Of a stretch of DNA of 64,000 nucleotides, positions 9,401-16,704 are shown piece by piece. The position numbers and the translations under genes are program-made. This stretch comes from Vicinamibacterales bacterium. GTDB taxonomy: Bacteria > Acidobacteriota > Vicinamibacteria > Vicinamibacterales > 2-12-FULL-66-21. The notes beneath the pieces are model-generated. The model was not told the origin of the DNA. It saw nothing but the letters and a program-made list of their open reading frames with translations, and made no database searches. The first letter of the stretch is position 1. Each line of letters opens with the position of its first letter. The stretch spans positions 3,497 to 67,496 of the forward strand of contig DASXLB010000037.1 in the NCBI GenBank assembly GCA_036496585.1, in the 5' to 3' direction.

Positions 9401-9973
9401 GGGATGTACGTAGACGACGACACCTCCACCATCGAGTTCACCTTCATCGATCTGGGCGCGTCACGGTGGAGTCTGGGAAACACTCCGCCGGGCGGACTCA
9501 ATGGAACCGTCAGGGTCAGTTGGGTGAACTGCGTCCCCAACATTCAAAAACTGCCCTCGACTATGGTCCCCACAAGTCGGGACGACTACATGTCCTTCGT
9601 GAGGATTGTTGGCAACATGGAATTCAAGCGGCAGATCGGGACCTTGGAATACTCCGGCTTCGTGCTGTCACCGACAGACGCGCTCGACAGCGCCGCGGTC
9701 ACGTTCGAACTGATGTCTGAAGCGTGGCCGATTGGCAGCGAGGTTCCGACGCCAAAGGAGTCCCATGCGACGGTCCGACTGACGATTCAGTACGCGCGCA
9801 AGACTCTCCTTGGCGGCGAGATCGTCGGTCCGACCGCCAAGACGTTCCCGCTCATCTCGCCAAAGAACGGCGGGCCGTCGCGGTACTACATTTCCAATCA
9901 GTCGGGCACCAGCGACGTGACGAGCATCGTGGTGACGCCGATGGACCCGGGCGGCACGGTTACGACTCTGTAG
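6458..9973 (+). CDS. 1171-aa modular protein with internal LecA/PA-IL-like lectin domain; candidate toxin or pore-forming protein
   Basis: Long ORF with RBS (AGGAG) before ATG 6458; lectin-like segment LTLQANDHVGNLSDNSGSWAVDV; Ser/Gly-rich segment; Cys/His motifs ANHNHCHAL and LGHCNACE; no obvious signal peptide. Confidence 0.8.
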   Translation: MTTLAKVRCFVVDRTKGTPVPGIAVGLGTMTDAGDLVLLSILSSDRVGYLSFDVTRFAALLADSRLWLWPLLDTANRLSASPRAGGVSPGSVPPRDNDNVPPGLSDGGDSPCVPVVLSVDGRTGADACDVATWPSIQNPDSCDYQQSPGSFVTRPRKMLGDDCCETLLPSTLPSQSLTFRRVITRGIDVSTLSTGTAPAGSGHTTTVAPPPPHISPIDVTALPIAPPVSGFAYGEILDYRQEWYSLGHSLGDIRYSLALAPGEAVEIAVVDWSRQDQVSRTDDITSREYLANQLVRDRSIGETVDSMLNESQDGWSLMGGTAGAASYSYGTFSIAADHSVGGSIAHTSGTRNIEADSLQSLHDQTGQATAVVRTLNSTVVMQSTQAEQNVVQTRRVANHNHCHALTIEYYEVLKHFRLRTTFTGRRAAILLPFVPFQFDWSLALRFQSALVPALLDASLASAFDAISRYHLGSALYAAATASTVHAATPGSTATTQYFTGQKSVAVAAASANDPSLYLQKGSRVRMTASGKVGIGELVDTSGGYDADGNGQSADNGWYAPGKFEYSLICRVGSTWYQGGTSTEFVASDDGYLTLQANDHVGNLSDNSGSWAVDVNVIAPQSSPGDSVPAVPDPTAPPAAFTKDGDAYAESLLLRHLNGNRGYYNRVVWLALDDSDRRLYLDAALAGVPGMSAQVDSYPLAVSGNSVAFGFDGQTPLWSDTRPTDPTAPIETIVTLPTRGVFAEAMLGHCNACEPRDITRMWDWSIMTTEEPPAISDVTPGPRGTPDTVAPGSLPQNVVQISQPPAAPDPTGLAAALRVLGTPNVFRDMSGLSEVSSLLGTLANGAVTSLSGAQKIAQQAQQKVQAIQSGSAGGAGTSTGTRPTAAQTYDNLTAAKEIAKNAGTLGWDPQTTAEVTKAVVMGDGNPDIVQTGGAGASVGVAAALDLTIKTGEAVGKLLVPSGAITVSGFESGQSLLAGASDPGMYVDDDTSTIEFTFIDLGASRWSLGNTPPGGLNGTVRVSWVNCVPNIQKLPSTMVPTSRDDYMSFVRIVGNMEFKRQIGTLEYSGFVLSPTDALDSAAVTFELMSEAWPIGSEVPTPKESHATVRLTIQYARKTLLGGEIVGPTAKTFPLISPKNGGPSRYYISNQSGTSDVTSIVVTPMDPGGTVTTL

Positions 9974-10056
9974 CAGGCCCACGACGTGAACCCGCACATT
10001 TGACCTGCCACGACTTCACGGGCTCTCCCCGGACCGCAAGACCGCAGGGAGAGAGT

Positions 10057-10080
10057 TTGTTAAGGACGTAAAACCTTGCG
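10057..10080 (+). repeat. 24-bp direct repeat, right copy
   Basis: Exact match to 6281-6304. Confidence 0.95.
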
Positions 10081-10123
10081 TCCGAGGCCGAACCGGCGAA
10101 ATCCGCATGCTACGATTTCGCGC

Positions 10124-12076
10124 ATGCCTCGACGCCGGTGGCTGCCGATGTTCGCGCTGGCTGTCGGTCTGTTCGGACTGATCGTCCTGCTGGCGACGCT
10201 GCAGTATCGATGGCTCGGACAGATCAGCGCGGCCGAGCGCACCCGCGTGAGCGCGATGCTGCGCGACAGCGCGTCGGCGTTCGCCGCCGACTTCGATCGC
10301 GAGCTCAATCGCGCCTACCTGCTGTTCCAGATCGTGCCCGCCGCGGCCGGCGACAACCTGGCCACGCAGGTCGGCTCGCGCTACGACCGCTGGATGGCGA
10401 CCTCGCTGTATCCGCGGGTGGTGCGTGACGTCTATCTCTACGTGCCGTCTTCTTCGGGCGGCACGCTGCAGCGGTTCAATCCGGCGACGCGCTTTCTCGA
10501 GCCCGCCGAGTGGCCGGCGTCGCTTGCGCCCGTGCATGCGCGCCTCGGCGCGGCCGCGCCGCACCCGGCCGGCGGCCCGCCCGCGATCGTTCGCGCGGCG
10601 CCGGCGCTCTGGCCCGACATTCCGGCGCTGGTCGTCACGGCACCGATGGTCCTGGTCGACCGGCGCACGCCAGGCGGCAACGACCTCGCGATCCCGATGC
10701 AGCCCGCGTATTGCCTGCTGCTGCTCGACAGCGGCTACATCCGCGGCGAGATGCTGCCGGCGCTGGCCCGGCAGCACTTCCGGGGTCCGAGCGGCGGCTT
10801 CGACTACGAGCTTGCGGTCGTGCCGGCCACCGGCCGCGGCGTCGTCTACCATTCCGTCGACACGTTCAATCCCGAGCCGGCCGCCAGAGCGGATGCGTCG
10901 GCGGACCTGTTCCATCTACGCGTGCAGGATTTCGAGCCGCTGGTATCGGAGATCAGCCGGTTCGCGGTGTTCTCGACGCAGGCGGCGCCGGCGCTGCACG
11001 GCGATCTGACGGCGCGCACGGAGACGGTGTTCAGGCACACGGTCGGCCAGCCGCTCGATCCGCAGCGTGGCGGCGGCATGTCGATCGTCGTCCGGAAGAA
11101 TGGCGGCGACGAGATGACCACCACCGTGACCGACGAGTCGGGGGAACCGAACGCGAGGTTCGCGATCTCGACGGCGGCGCATTGGCGGCTGCTGGTGCGG
11201 CATCCGTCGGGATCGCTCGAACTGGCGGTCGACCGCGCGCGGCGGCGCAACCTCCTGATCAGTACCGGCATCCTCGGCCTGCTGGCGGTGAGCGTGGGCT
11301 TCCTCGTCGTCTCGACGCGGCGTGCGCACGATCTCGCGAGGCAGCAGCTCGAGTTCGTCGCGACGGTGTCGCACGAGCTGCGCACGCCGCTGGCGGTGAT
11401 TCGCTCCGCCGCAGACAACCTCGCTGACGGTGTGGTCGGCGACGAAGCGCGCGTCCGGCAGTACGGACAACTCGTGCGCCGGGAAGGCATACGGCTGACC
11501 ACGCTCGTCGAGCAGATCCTGGAGTTCGCCGGCCTGCAGTCGGGCCAGCGCGCGATCACGCGCCAGCCGCTTGCCGTGGACGCGCTGCTGCAGCAGGCGA
11601 TCGAGGAACTGAAGCCGGCCGCGTCCGCCGCGGTGACGCGGGTCGAGCTGTCGATCGCCGACGACCTGCCCGCCGTGTGTGGAGACGAGGCGGCGCTGCG
11701 GCGCGTCTTCGTGAATCTGATCAGCAATGCCATCAAGTACGGCGCGTCGGCGCGGTGGGTCGGCGTCCGAGCGCGGCCTACGGGTGACGGCGTCGAAGTC
11801 GCCGTGACCGACCGAGGCATCGGTATCGGGGCCGACGAGCAGGATCGGATCTTCGAGCCGTTCTATCGCGCGCCCGCAGTGGTCGCGGCGCAGGTGCAGG
11901 GAGCCGGCCTCGGGCTCAGCCTGGTGAAGCGAATCGTCGAGGCGCATGGCGGCGTCATTTCGGTGGAGAGCGCGCCCGGCCACGGCACCACCTTCACGGT
12001 GAAGCTGCCGGCTGACCGCGGTGACCTGTCGGCGAGCGAAACCAGTGTCGGCGCAGCCGCGCCACAACACTCGTGA
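10124..12076 (+). CDS. Membrane sensor histidine kinase
   Basis: Two TM segments; H-box FVATVSHELRTPL; N-box NLISNAIKY; DRGIGI; GAGLGLSLVKRIVEAHGG. Confidence 0.95.
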   Translation: MPRRRWLPMFALAVGLFGLIVLLATLQYRWLGQISAAERTRVSAMLRDSASAFAADFDRELNRAYLLFQIVPAAAGDNLATQVGSRYDRWMATSLYPRVVRDVYLYVPSSSGGTLQRFNPATRFLEPAEWPASLAPVHARLGAAAPHPAGGPPAIVRAAPALWPDIPALVVTAPMVLVDRRTPGGNDLAIPMQPAYCLLLLDSGYIRGEMLPALARQHFRGPSGGFDYELAVVPATGRGVVYHSVDTFNPEPAARADASADLFHLRVQDFEPLVSEISRFAVFSTQAAPALHGDLTARTETVFRHTVGQPLDPQRGGGMSIVVRKNGGDEMTTTVTDESGEPNARFAISTAAHWRLLVRHPSGSLELAVDRARRRNLLISTGILGLLAVSVGFLVVSTRRAHDLARQQLEFVATVSHELRTPLAVIRSAADNLADGVVGDEARVRQYGQLVRREGIRLTTLVEQILEFAGLQSGQRAITRQPLAVDALLQQAIEELKPAASAAVTRVELSIADDLPAVCGDEAALRRVFVNLISNAIKYGASARWVGVRARPTGDGVEVAVTDRGIGIGADEQDRIFEPFYRAPAVVAAQVQGAGLGLSLVKRIVEAHGGVISVESAPGHGTTFTVKLPADRGDLSASETSVGAAAPQHS

Positions 12077-12122
12077 TGCTGCCTAGCAAGGCGTGCGCCG
12101 GCGCGAGGACCGCCGTAAATTG

Positions 12123-12803
12123 ATGCAGCGAATTCTCCTGATCGAGGACGAAGCCGGCCTGGTCCTGACCCTGACCGATCGGCTGACCTGCGAGGGATAC
12201 GCGGTCGAGAGCGCCACCGACGGCGAGCGCGGCCTCGAGCGTGCGATCCGCGAACCGTTCGATCTGCTGATCCTCGACGTCATGTTGCCTCGGATGGGCG
12301 GCTTCGACGTGTGCCGTGAGCTGCGGCGGCGCGGCATCGACACACCCGTCCTCATGCTCACCGCGCGCGGTCAGGTGGTCGACAAAGTGGTCGGGTTGAA
12401 GCTCGGCGCCGACGACTACATGACGAAACCGTTCGAGATGGCCGAGCTCCTCGCCCGTCTCGAAGCGCGCCTGCGGCGGGCGCCGGCGACGCTGCATCCG
12501 GTCGACGGCTACGCGTTCGGCGATCTGCGCGTCGACTTCCGCAAGGCGGAAGCGGAGCGCGACGGCGTGCAGCTCGATCTCTCGGCGCGTGAATTCCAGC
12601 TGCTGCGCTACTTCGTCGAGCATCGCGGCGCGACGTTGACGCGCGACGAGCTGCTGAACGAAGTATGGGGCTACAACGCCATGCCATCGACCCGCACCGT
12701 CGACGTGCACGTCGCCTGGCTCCGGCAGAAAATCGAACCGAATCCTCGCCACCCGCAGTTCATATTGACGGTGCACGGCATGGGCTACCGGTTCGCGGGG
12801 TAA
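12123..12803 (+). CDS. OmpR/PhoB-family response regulator
   Basis: ILLIEDE, LILDVMLP, GADDYMTKPF, winged-helix RTVDVHVAWLRQKIE...ILTVHGMGYRF. Confidence 0.95.
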   Translation: MQRILLIEDEAGLVLTLTDRLTCEGYAVESATDGERGLERAIREPFDLLILDVMLPRMGGFDVCRELRRRGIDTPVLMLTARGQVVDKVVGLKLGADDYMTKPFEMAELLARLEARLRRAPATLHPVDGYAFGDLRVDFRKAEAERDGVQLDLSAREFQLLRYFVEHRGATLTRDELLNEVWGYNAMPSTRTVDVHVAWLRQKIEPNPRHPQFILTVHGMGYRFAG

Positions 12804-12838
12804 GGCGCGCGCCGCGACGGGCGAGCCGCAATGAACCG

Positions 12839-13300
12839 CTACAGCCAGATCAGGCGGGCTTCGGCGCTCCCGTTGGTCAGGGTGAGTAACGCGACACTTG
12901 GCTTGAGGTCGAAGCGTCGGGGGCCGGCGGCGCCGGGGTTGACGACGAGCCGCGGTCCTGAGCGTTCGATCAGAGGACGATGAGTGTGGCCGTAGACGAG
13001 GACGTCGGCGGCGTACCGCGCGAGGAGCCGCTCGGACGTCGGCTGGCCGAGTTCATGGCCGTGGCTCACGTGGATGCTGAGTCCGTCGATCCGCAAGCCG
13101 ATTTCCGCCGCCAGCCCTGGCTCATCGGGCGAATCGGTGTTGCCATACACGGCTCGCACCGGCGCGATGGCCGCCAGCTCGTCCAGTACGTTTTGCCCGC
13201 CAACGTCGCCGGCGTGGAGAATCAGCTGAACGCCCGCGAGAGCGCCGAAGACCTCCGGCCTCACCAGTCCGTGCGTGTCTGAGATCAACCCCACCACCAC
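12839..13300 (-). CDS. Metallophosphoesterase, YfcE-like
   Basis: ISDTHG, HAGD, GNTD, SHGH, GHTH, NPGA motifs; start moved to GTG 13300. Confidence 0.9.
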   Translation of the reverse strand: MVVGLISDTHGLVRPEVFGALAGVQLILHAGDVGGQNVLDELAAIAPVRAVYGNTDSPDEPGLAAEIGLRIDGLSIHVSHGHELGQPTSERLLARYAADVLVYGHTHRPLIERSGPRLVVNPGAAGPRRFDLKPSVALLTLTNGSAEARLIWL

Positions 13301-13358
13301 CCGCCTATAATCGCATCGGTTCTCGGCTACCGGCGATCGGCCGGCGGATCTCGACCCG

Positions 13359-14237
13359 ATGCTCAACGACGCGCACTGCCATTTCTTTTCCTCGCGGTTC
13401 CTCGAGCTGCTCGCGCCCGGGGCCGGCGCCGCCGACGTTGTCGCGGCCCGCCTGCAGTGGGATCCGCCCGGGACGCCGACCGAGCTTGGCGACCGCTGGG
13501 TCTCCGAGCTGGATCGGCACGGGATCGGCCGCGCGGCGCTGATCGCCTCGGTGCCGGGAGACGCCGTATCGGTCGCCGAGGCGGTGGCCCACCATCCGCA
13601 CCGCCTGGTCGGCTTCTTCATGCACCATCCGCTCGCGCCTGACGCCGACGCCACGATCGAGCACGCTTTCGCCGACCTGCACATGCGCGGCGTCTGTCTG
13701 TTTCCGGCGATGCACGGCTACCGGCCCGACGATGCCTGCGTTGAGGCGGTGTTCCGGGCGGCGGCGGCGCATCGCGCCGTGGTCTTCGTGCACTGTGGCG
13801 TCCTGACCGTCGGCGTGCGGCGGAAGCTTGGTCTCACGAGCCGATTCGACCTCCGGCTCGGCGATCCGCTCGCCGTGGCGCGCATGGCCCTCGACTTTCC
13901 GCACGTGCCGGTGATCATTCCGCACTTCGGCGCCGGCTACTTTCGTGAAGCGCTGATGGCGGCCGATCAGTGCGCCACGATCCATCTCGACACGTCGAGT
14001 TCGAACGGCTGGATCCGCTTTCACGACGACCTGACGCTCGAGCGTGTCTTCCGCACGGCGCTCGGCGTCGTCGGCGCCTCGCGCCTGCTGTTCGGGACCG
14101 ATTCGTCGTTTTTTCCGCGCGGATGGCAGAAGGCGATTTACGACGAACAGCAGCAGATCGCCGCGGCGCTCGCGCTTGGCGAGGAGGAGCGCGCCGCCAT
14201 CTTCGGCGGCACGTTCGATCGGCTTTTCCCTGTGTAG
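13359..14237 (+). CDS. Amidohydrolase_2 family metallohydrolase
   Basis: DAHCH metal motif; FVHCG; IIPHFG; LLFGTDS. Confidence 0.85.
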   Translation: MLNDAHCHFFSSRFLELLAPGAGAADVVAARLQWDPPGTPTELGDRWVSELDRHGIGRAALIASVPGDAVSVAEAVAHHPHRLVGFFMHHPLAPDADATIEHAFADLHMRGVCLFPAMHGYRPDDACVEAVFRAAAAHRAVVFVHCGVLTVGVRRKLGLTSRFDLRLGDPLAVARMALDFPHVPVIIPHFGAGYFREALMAADQCATIHLDTSSSNGWIRFHDDLTLERVFRTALGVVGASRLLFGTDSSFFPRGWQKAIYDEQQQIAAALALGEEERAAIFGGTFDRLFPV

Positions 14238-14289
14238 CCCGCGAGGCCGGCAGCAGCGGGCCCAGGCGGGGGTCGCTATAATCGCGGCC

Positions 14290-16020
14290 ATGCGAACGAA
14301 TACGATCGCGCTCGTCAGCTTTTCGGTGATCGTCGCCGGGCTCTCGCTCCAGGCGCAGCGCGGTGCGGCGCCCGCGCCGGCGGCCGATCTGGTGCTGACC
14401 AACGGACACATCGTCACGGTCGAACCAGCGGCGCCGGAGGTCGAGGCGCTCGCGGTCAGCGGCGGCCGGATCGTGGCGCTGGGCACCGCGGCGGCCGTGG
14501 GGCGGCTGATCGGGCCGTCGACGAAGGTCATCGATCTGCACGGGCAGCTGGCGATCCCGGGGTTCATCGAGAGCCACGGACACTTCACCGGCGTCGGCGG
14601 GACGCAGCTCGAGCTCAACCTGATGAACGTCGACTCGTGGGACCGGATTGTCGCGATGGTCGCCGAAGCGGTGTCGCACGCGAAGCCGGGACAATGGATT
14701 TACGGCCGCGGCTGGCACCAGGAGAAGTGGAGCAGCCGGCCAGAGCCGAACGTCGAAGGTTTCCCGACACACGCGTCGCTCGACGCGGTCTCGCCCGACA
14801 ATCCGGTCGTGCTCGAGCACGCGAGCGGTCATGCGTCGTTCGTGAATGCGAAGGCGATGGAGCTGTCGGGCATCAAGCGTGCGACCGAGAGCCCTGCCGG
14901 CGGAGACGTCCTGCGCGACAGAAAGGGCGACGCCACCGGCCTGATGCGCGAGACGGCGCAGCGTCTGATCAAGGAAGGCGCCGGCGAGCCGCCGCCCTCC
15001 GCGGCGGAGCGGCTGGCGCACGATCGCAAGGTGCTCGAGCTCGCCGACCGGGACGCGCTCTCGAAGGGCATCACCACGTTCGAGGATGCCGGCTCGCCGC
15101 TCGCCACGATCGATCTGATGAAGCAGATGGTCGACGAGGGGAGCCTCGGAGTGCGTCTCTGGGTGATGGTCCGGCAGCCGAACGCGATCATCGCGCCGAA
15201 GCTGGCGCAGTACAGGTTGATAGACCACGCCGACGGGCATCTCACCGTGCGTGCGATCAAGAAGCAGATCGACGGCGCGCTCGGGTCGCGCGGTGCGTGG
15301 CTGCTGGCGCCGTATACCGACAAGCCCGATTCGAGCGGCCTCGAGACGGAGAAAGTGGCCGACATCGAGCAGACGGCGGGTTTGGCGATGGCCAACGGCT
15401 TCCAGTTGTGCGTCCACGCCATCGGCGACCGGGCCAACCGGGAGACGCTCGACATCTTCGAGCGCGCGTTCAAGGCGAACCCCGCGAAGCAGGATTTGCG
15501 CTGGCGCGTCGAGCATGCGCAGCACCTGAGCGCCGCGGACATTCCGCGCTTCGGCCGCCTCGGCGTGATTGCGTCGATGCAGGGGATTCACTGCACGTCC
15601 GACGCACCCTACGTGCTGCAGCGCCTCGGCCCGGCGCGCGCCCAGGAAGGCGCCTACGTCTGGCAGAAGCTGATGAAGAGCGGGGCCGTGGTCGCCAACG
15701 GTACCGATGCACCGGTTGAAGACGACGACCCGATTCCCAACTTCTACGCCAGTGTCAGCCGCAAGCTGAAGGACGGGACGGTCTTCTATCCCGATCAGCG
15801 CATGTCGCGCCTGGAGGCGCTGCGCTCCTACACGATCAACGGCGCCTACGCCGGGTTCGAGGAGGCCAACCGGGGCTCACTCAAGCTCGGCAAGTACGCC
15901 GACATCACGGTCCTGTCGAAGAACATTCTCGAAGTCCCCGAGGACGAGATTCCGACCGCCAGGGTGGTCTACACCATCGTCGGTGGCCGCGTGCTCTACT
16001 CTGCGGCGGACCGACCGTAA
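14290..16020 (+). CDS. Amidohydrolase_3 (YtcJ-like), exported
   Basis: Signal peptide; IPGFIESHGH, VHAIGDRAN, RVEHAQ, NGTDAP, GSLKLGKYADITVL; start moved to ATG 14290. Confidence 0.9.
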   Translation: MRTNTIALVSFSVIVAGLSLQAQRGAAPAPAADLVLTNGHIVTVEPAAPEVEALAVSGGRIVALGTAAAVGRLIGPSTKVIDLHGQLAIPGFIESHGHFTGVGGTQLELNLMNVDSWDRIVAMVAEAVSHAKPGQWIYGRGWHQEKWSSRPEPNVEGFPTHASLDAVSPDNPVVLEHASGHASFVNAKAMELSGIKRATESPAGGDVLRDRKGDATGLMRETAQRLIKEGAGEPPPSAAERLAHDRKVLELADRDALSKGITTFEDAGSPLATIDLMKQMVDEGSLGVRLWVMVRQPNAIIAPKLAQYRLIDHADGHLTVRAIKKQIDGALGSRGAWLLAPYTDKPDSSGLETEKVADIEQTAGLAMANGFQLCVHAIGDRANRETLDIFERAFKANPAKQDLRWRVEHAQHLSAADIPRFGRLGVIASMQGIHCTSDAPYVLQRLGPARAQEGAYVWQKLMKSGAVVANGTDAPVEDDDPIPNFYASVSRKLKDGTVFYPDQRMSRLEALRSYTINGAYAGFEEANRGSLKLGKYADITVLSKNILEVPEDEIPTARVVYTIVGGRVLYSAADRP

Positions 16021-16098
16021 GCTCGTCCGCGGATGTTCGGTCGGCTCGGGGTCGGCGTTGTACAGCTGACGGGTCGATTATGATCATGCCGCTGCCGC

Positions 16099-16704
16099 AT
16101 GGAGCCTCCCTCGACGAGACCGCCGGGCGTGCCTTCTCGCGCCGTCGCGACCACCGCCGATCTGCTCCAGCGCGCCAGACTGGGCGACGACGGGGCCCGT
16201 AACGAGCTGTTCGCGAGGTACTTGCCGTCGCTCAGGCGCTGGGCTCGCGGCCGCCTCCCACGGTGGACTCGCGATCTCCGCGACACCGAGGACGTCGTGC
16301 AGGAAACCTTGCTGCAGACGCTGAAGAACCTCGACGCGTTCGAGCCGCGTCACGAGGGAGCGCTGCAGGCGTACCTTCGTCAGGCGCTGATGAATCGTGT
16401 GCGCGACGAGGTCCGCCGCGTGTCACGTCATGGAGTGACGGAAGAGATTGCCGAAGATGTGCATCAGGACGCGGGAGCATCGCCGCTCGAGGAAGCGATC
16501 GGAAGCGAGGCGCTGGCGCGCTACGAGGCCGCCCTCGCACGTCTGCGTCCGGCGGAACGCGAAGTTGTGATTGCGCGGGTCGAGATGGGCCATTCGTACC
16601 AGCAGATCGCCGCCGGGCACGGCAAAGCGAGCGCGGACGCCGCGCGAATGGCCGTGTCACGCGCGCTGCTCAGGCTCGCCGAGGAAATGGATGTCGACGT
16701 CTGA
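16099..16704 (+). CDS. ECF RNA polymerase sigma factor
   Basis: Region 2 EDVVQETLL...F..RHEGALQAYL; region 4 EAALARLRPAEREVV...HSYQQIA. Confidence 0.9.
   Translation: MEPPSTRPPGVPSRAVATTADLLQRARLGDDGARNELFARYLPSLRRWARGRLPRWTRDLRDTEDVVQETLLQTLKNLDAFEPRHEGALQAYLRQALMNRVRDEVRRVSRHGVTEEIAEDVHQDAGASPLEEAIGSEALARYEAALARLRPAEREVVIARVEMGHSYQQIAAGHGKASADAARMAVSRALLRLAEEMDVDV

Larger units (their letters stand above)
6281..10080. mobile_element. Putative direct-repeat-bounded single-gene insertion (3776-bp unit), no recombinase encoded
   Basis: Exact 24-bp direct repeats at both ends; splits a divergent promoter region between the receptor operon and the two-component system. Confidence 0.55.

Noticed and set aside
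6281-10080. Interpretation as an IS, prophage remnant or integron cassette
   Set aside because: No transposase, integrase, terminal inverted repeats, phage genes or attC GTTRRRY/RYYYAAC pair found; kept only as a repeat-bounded insertion
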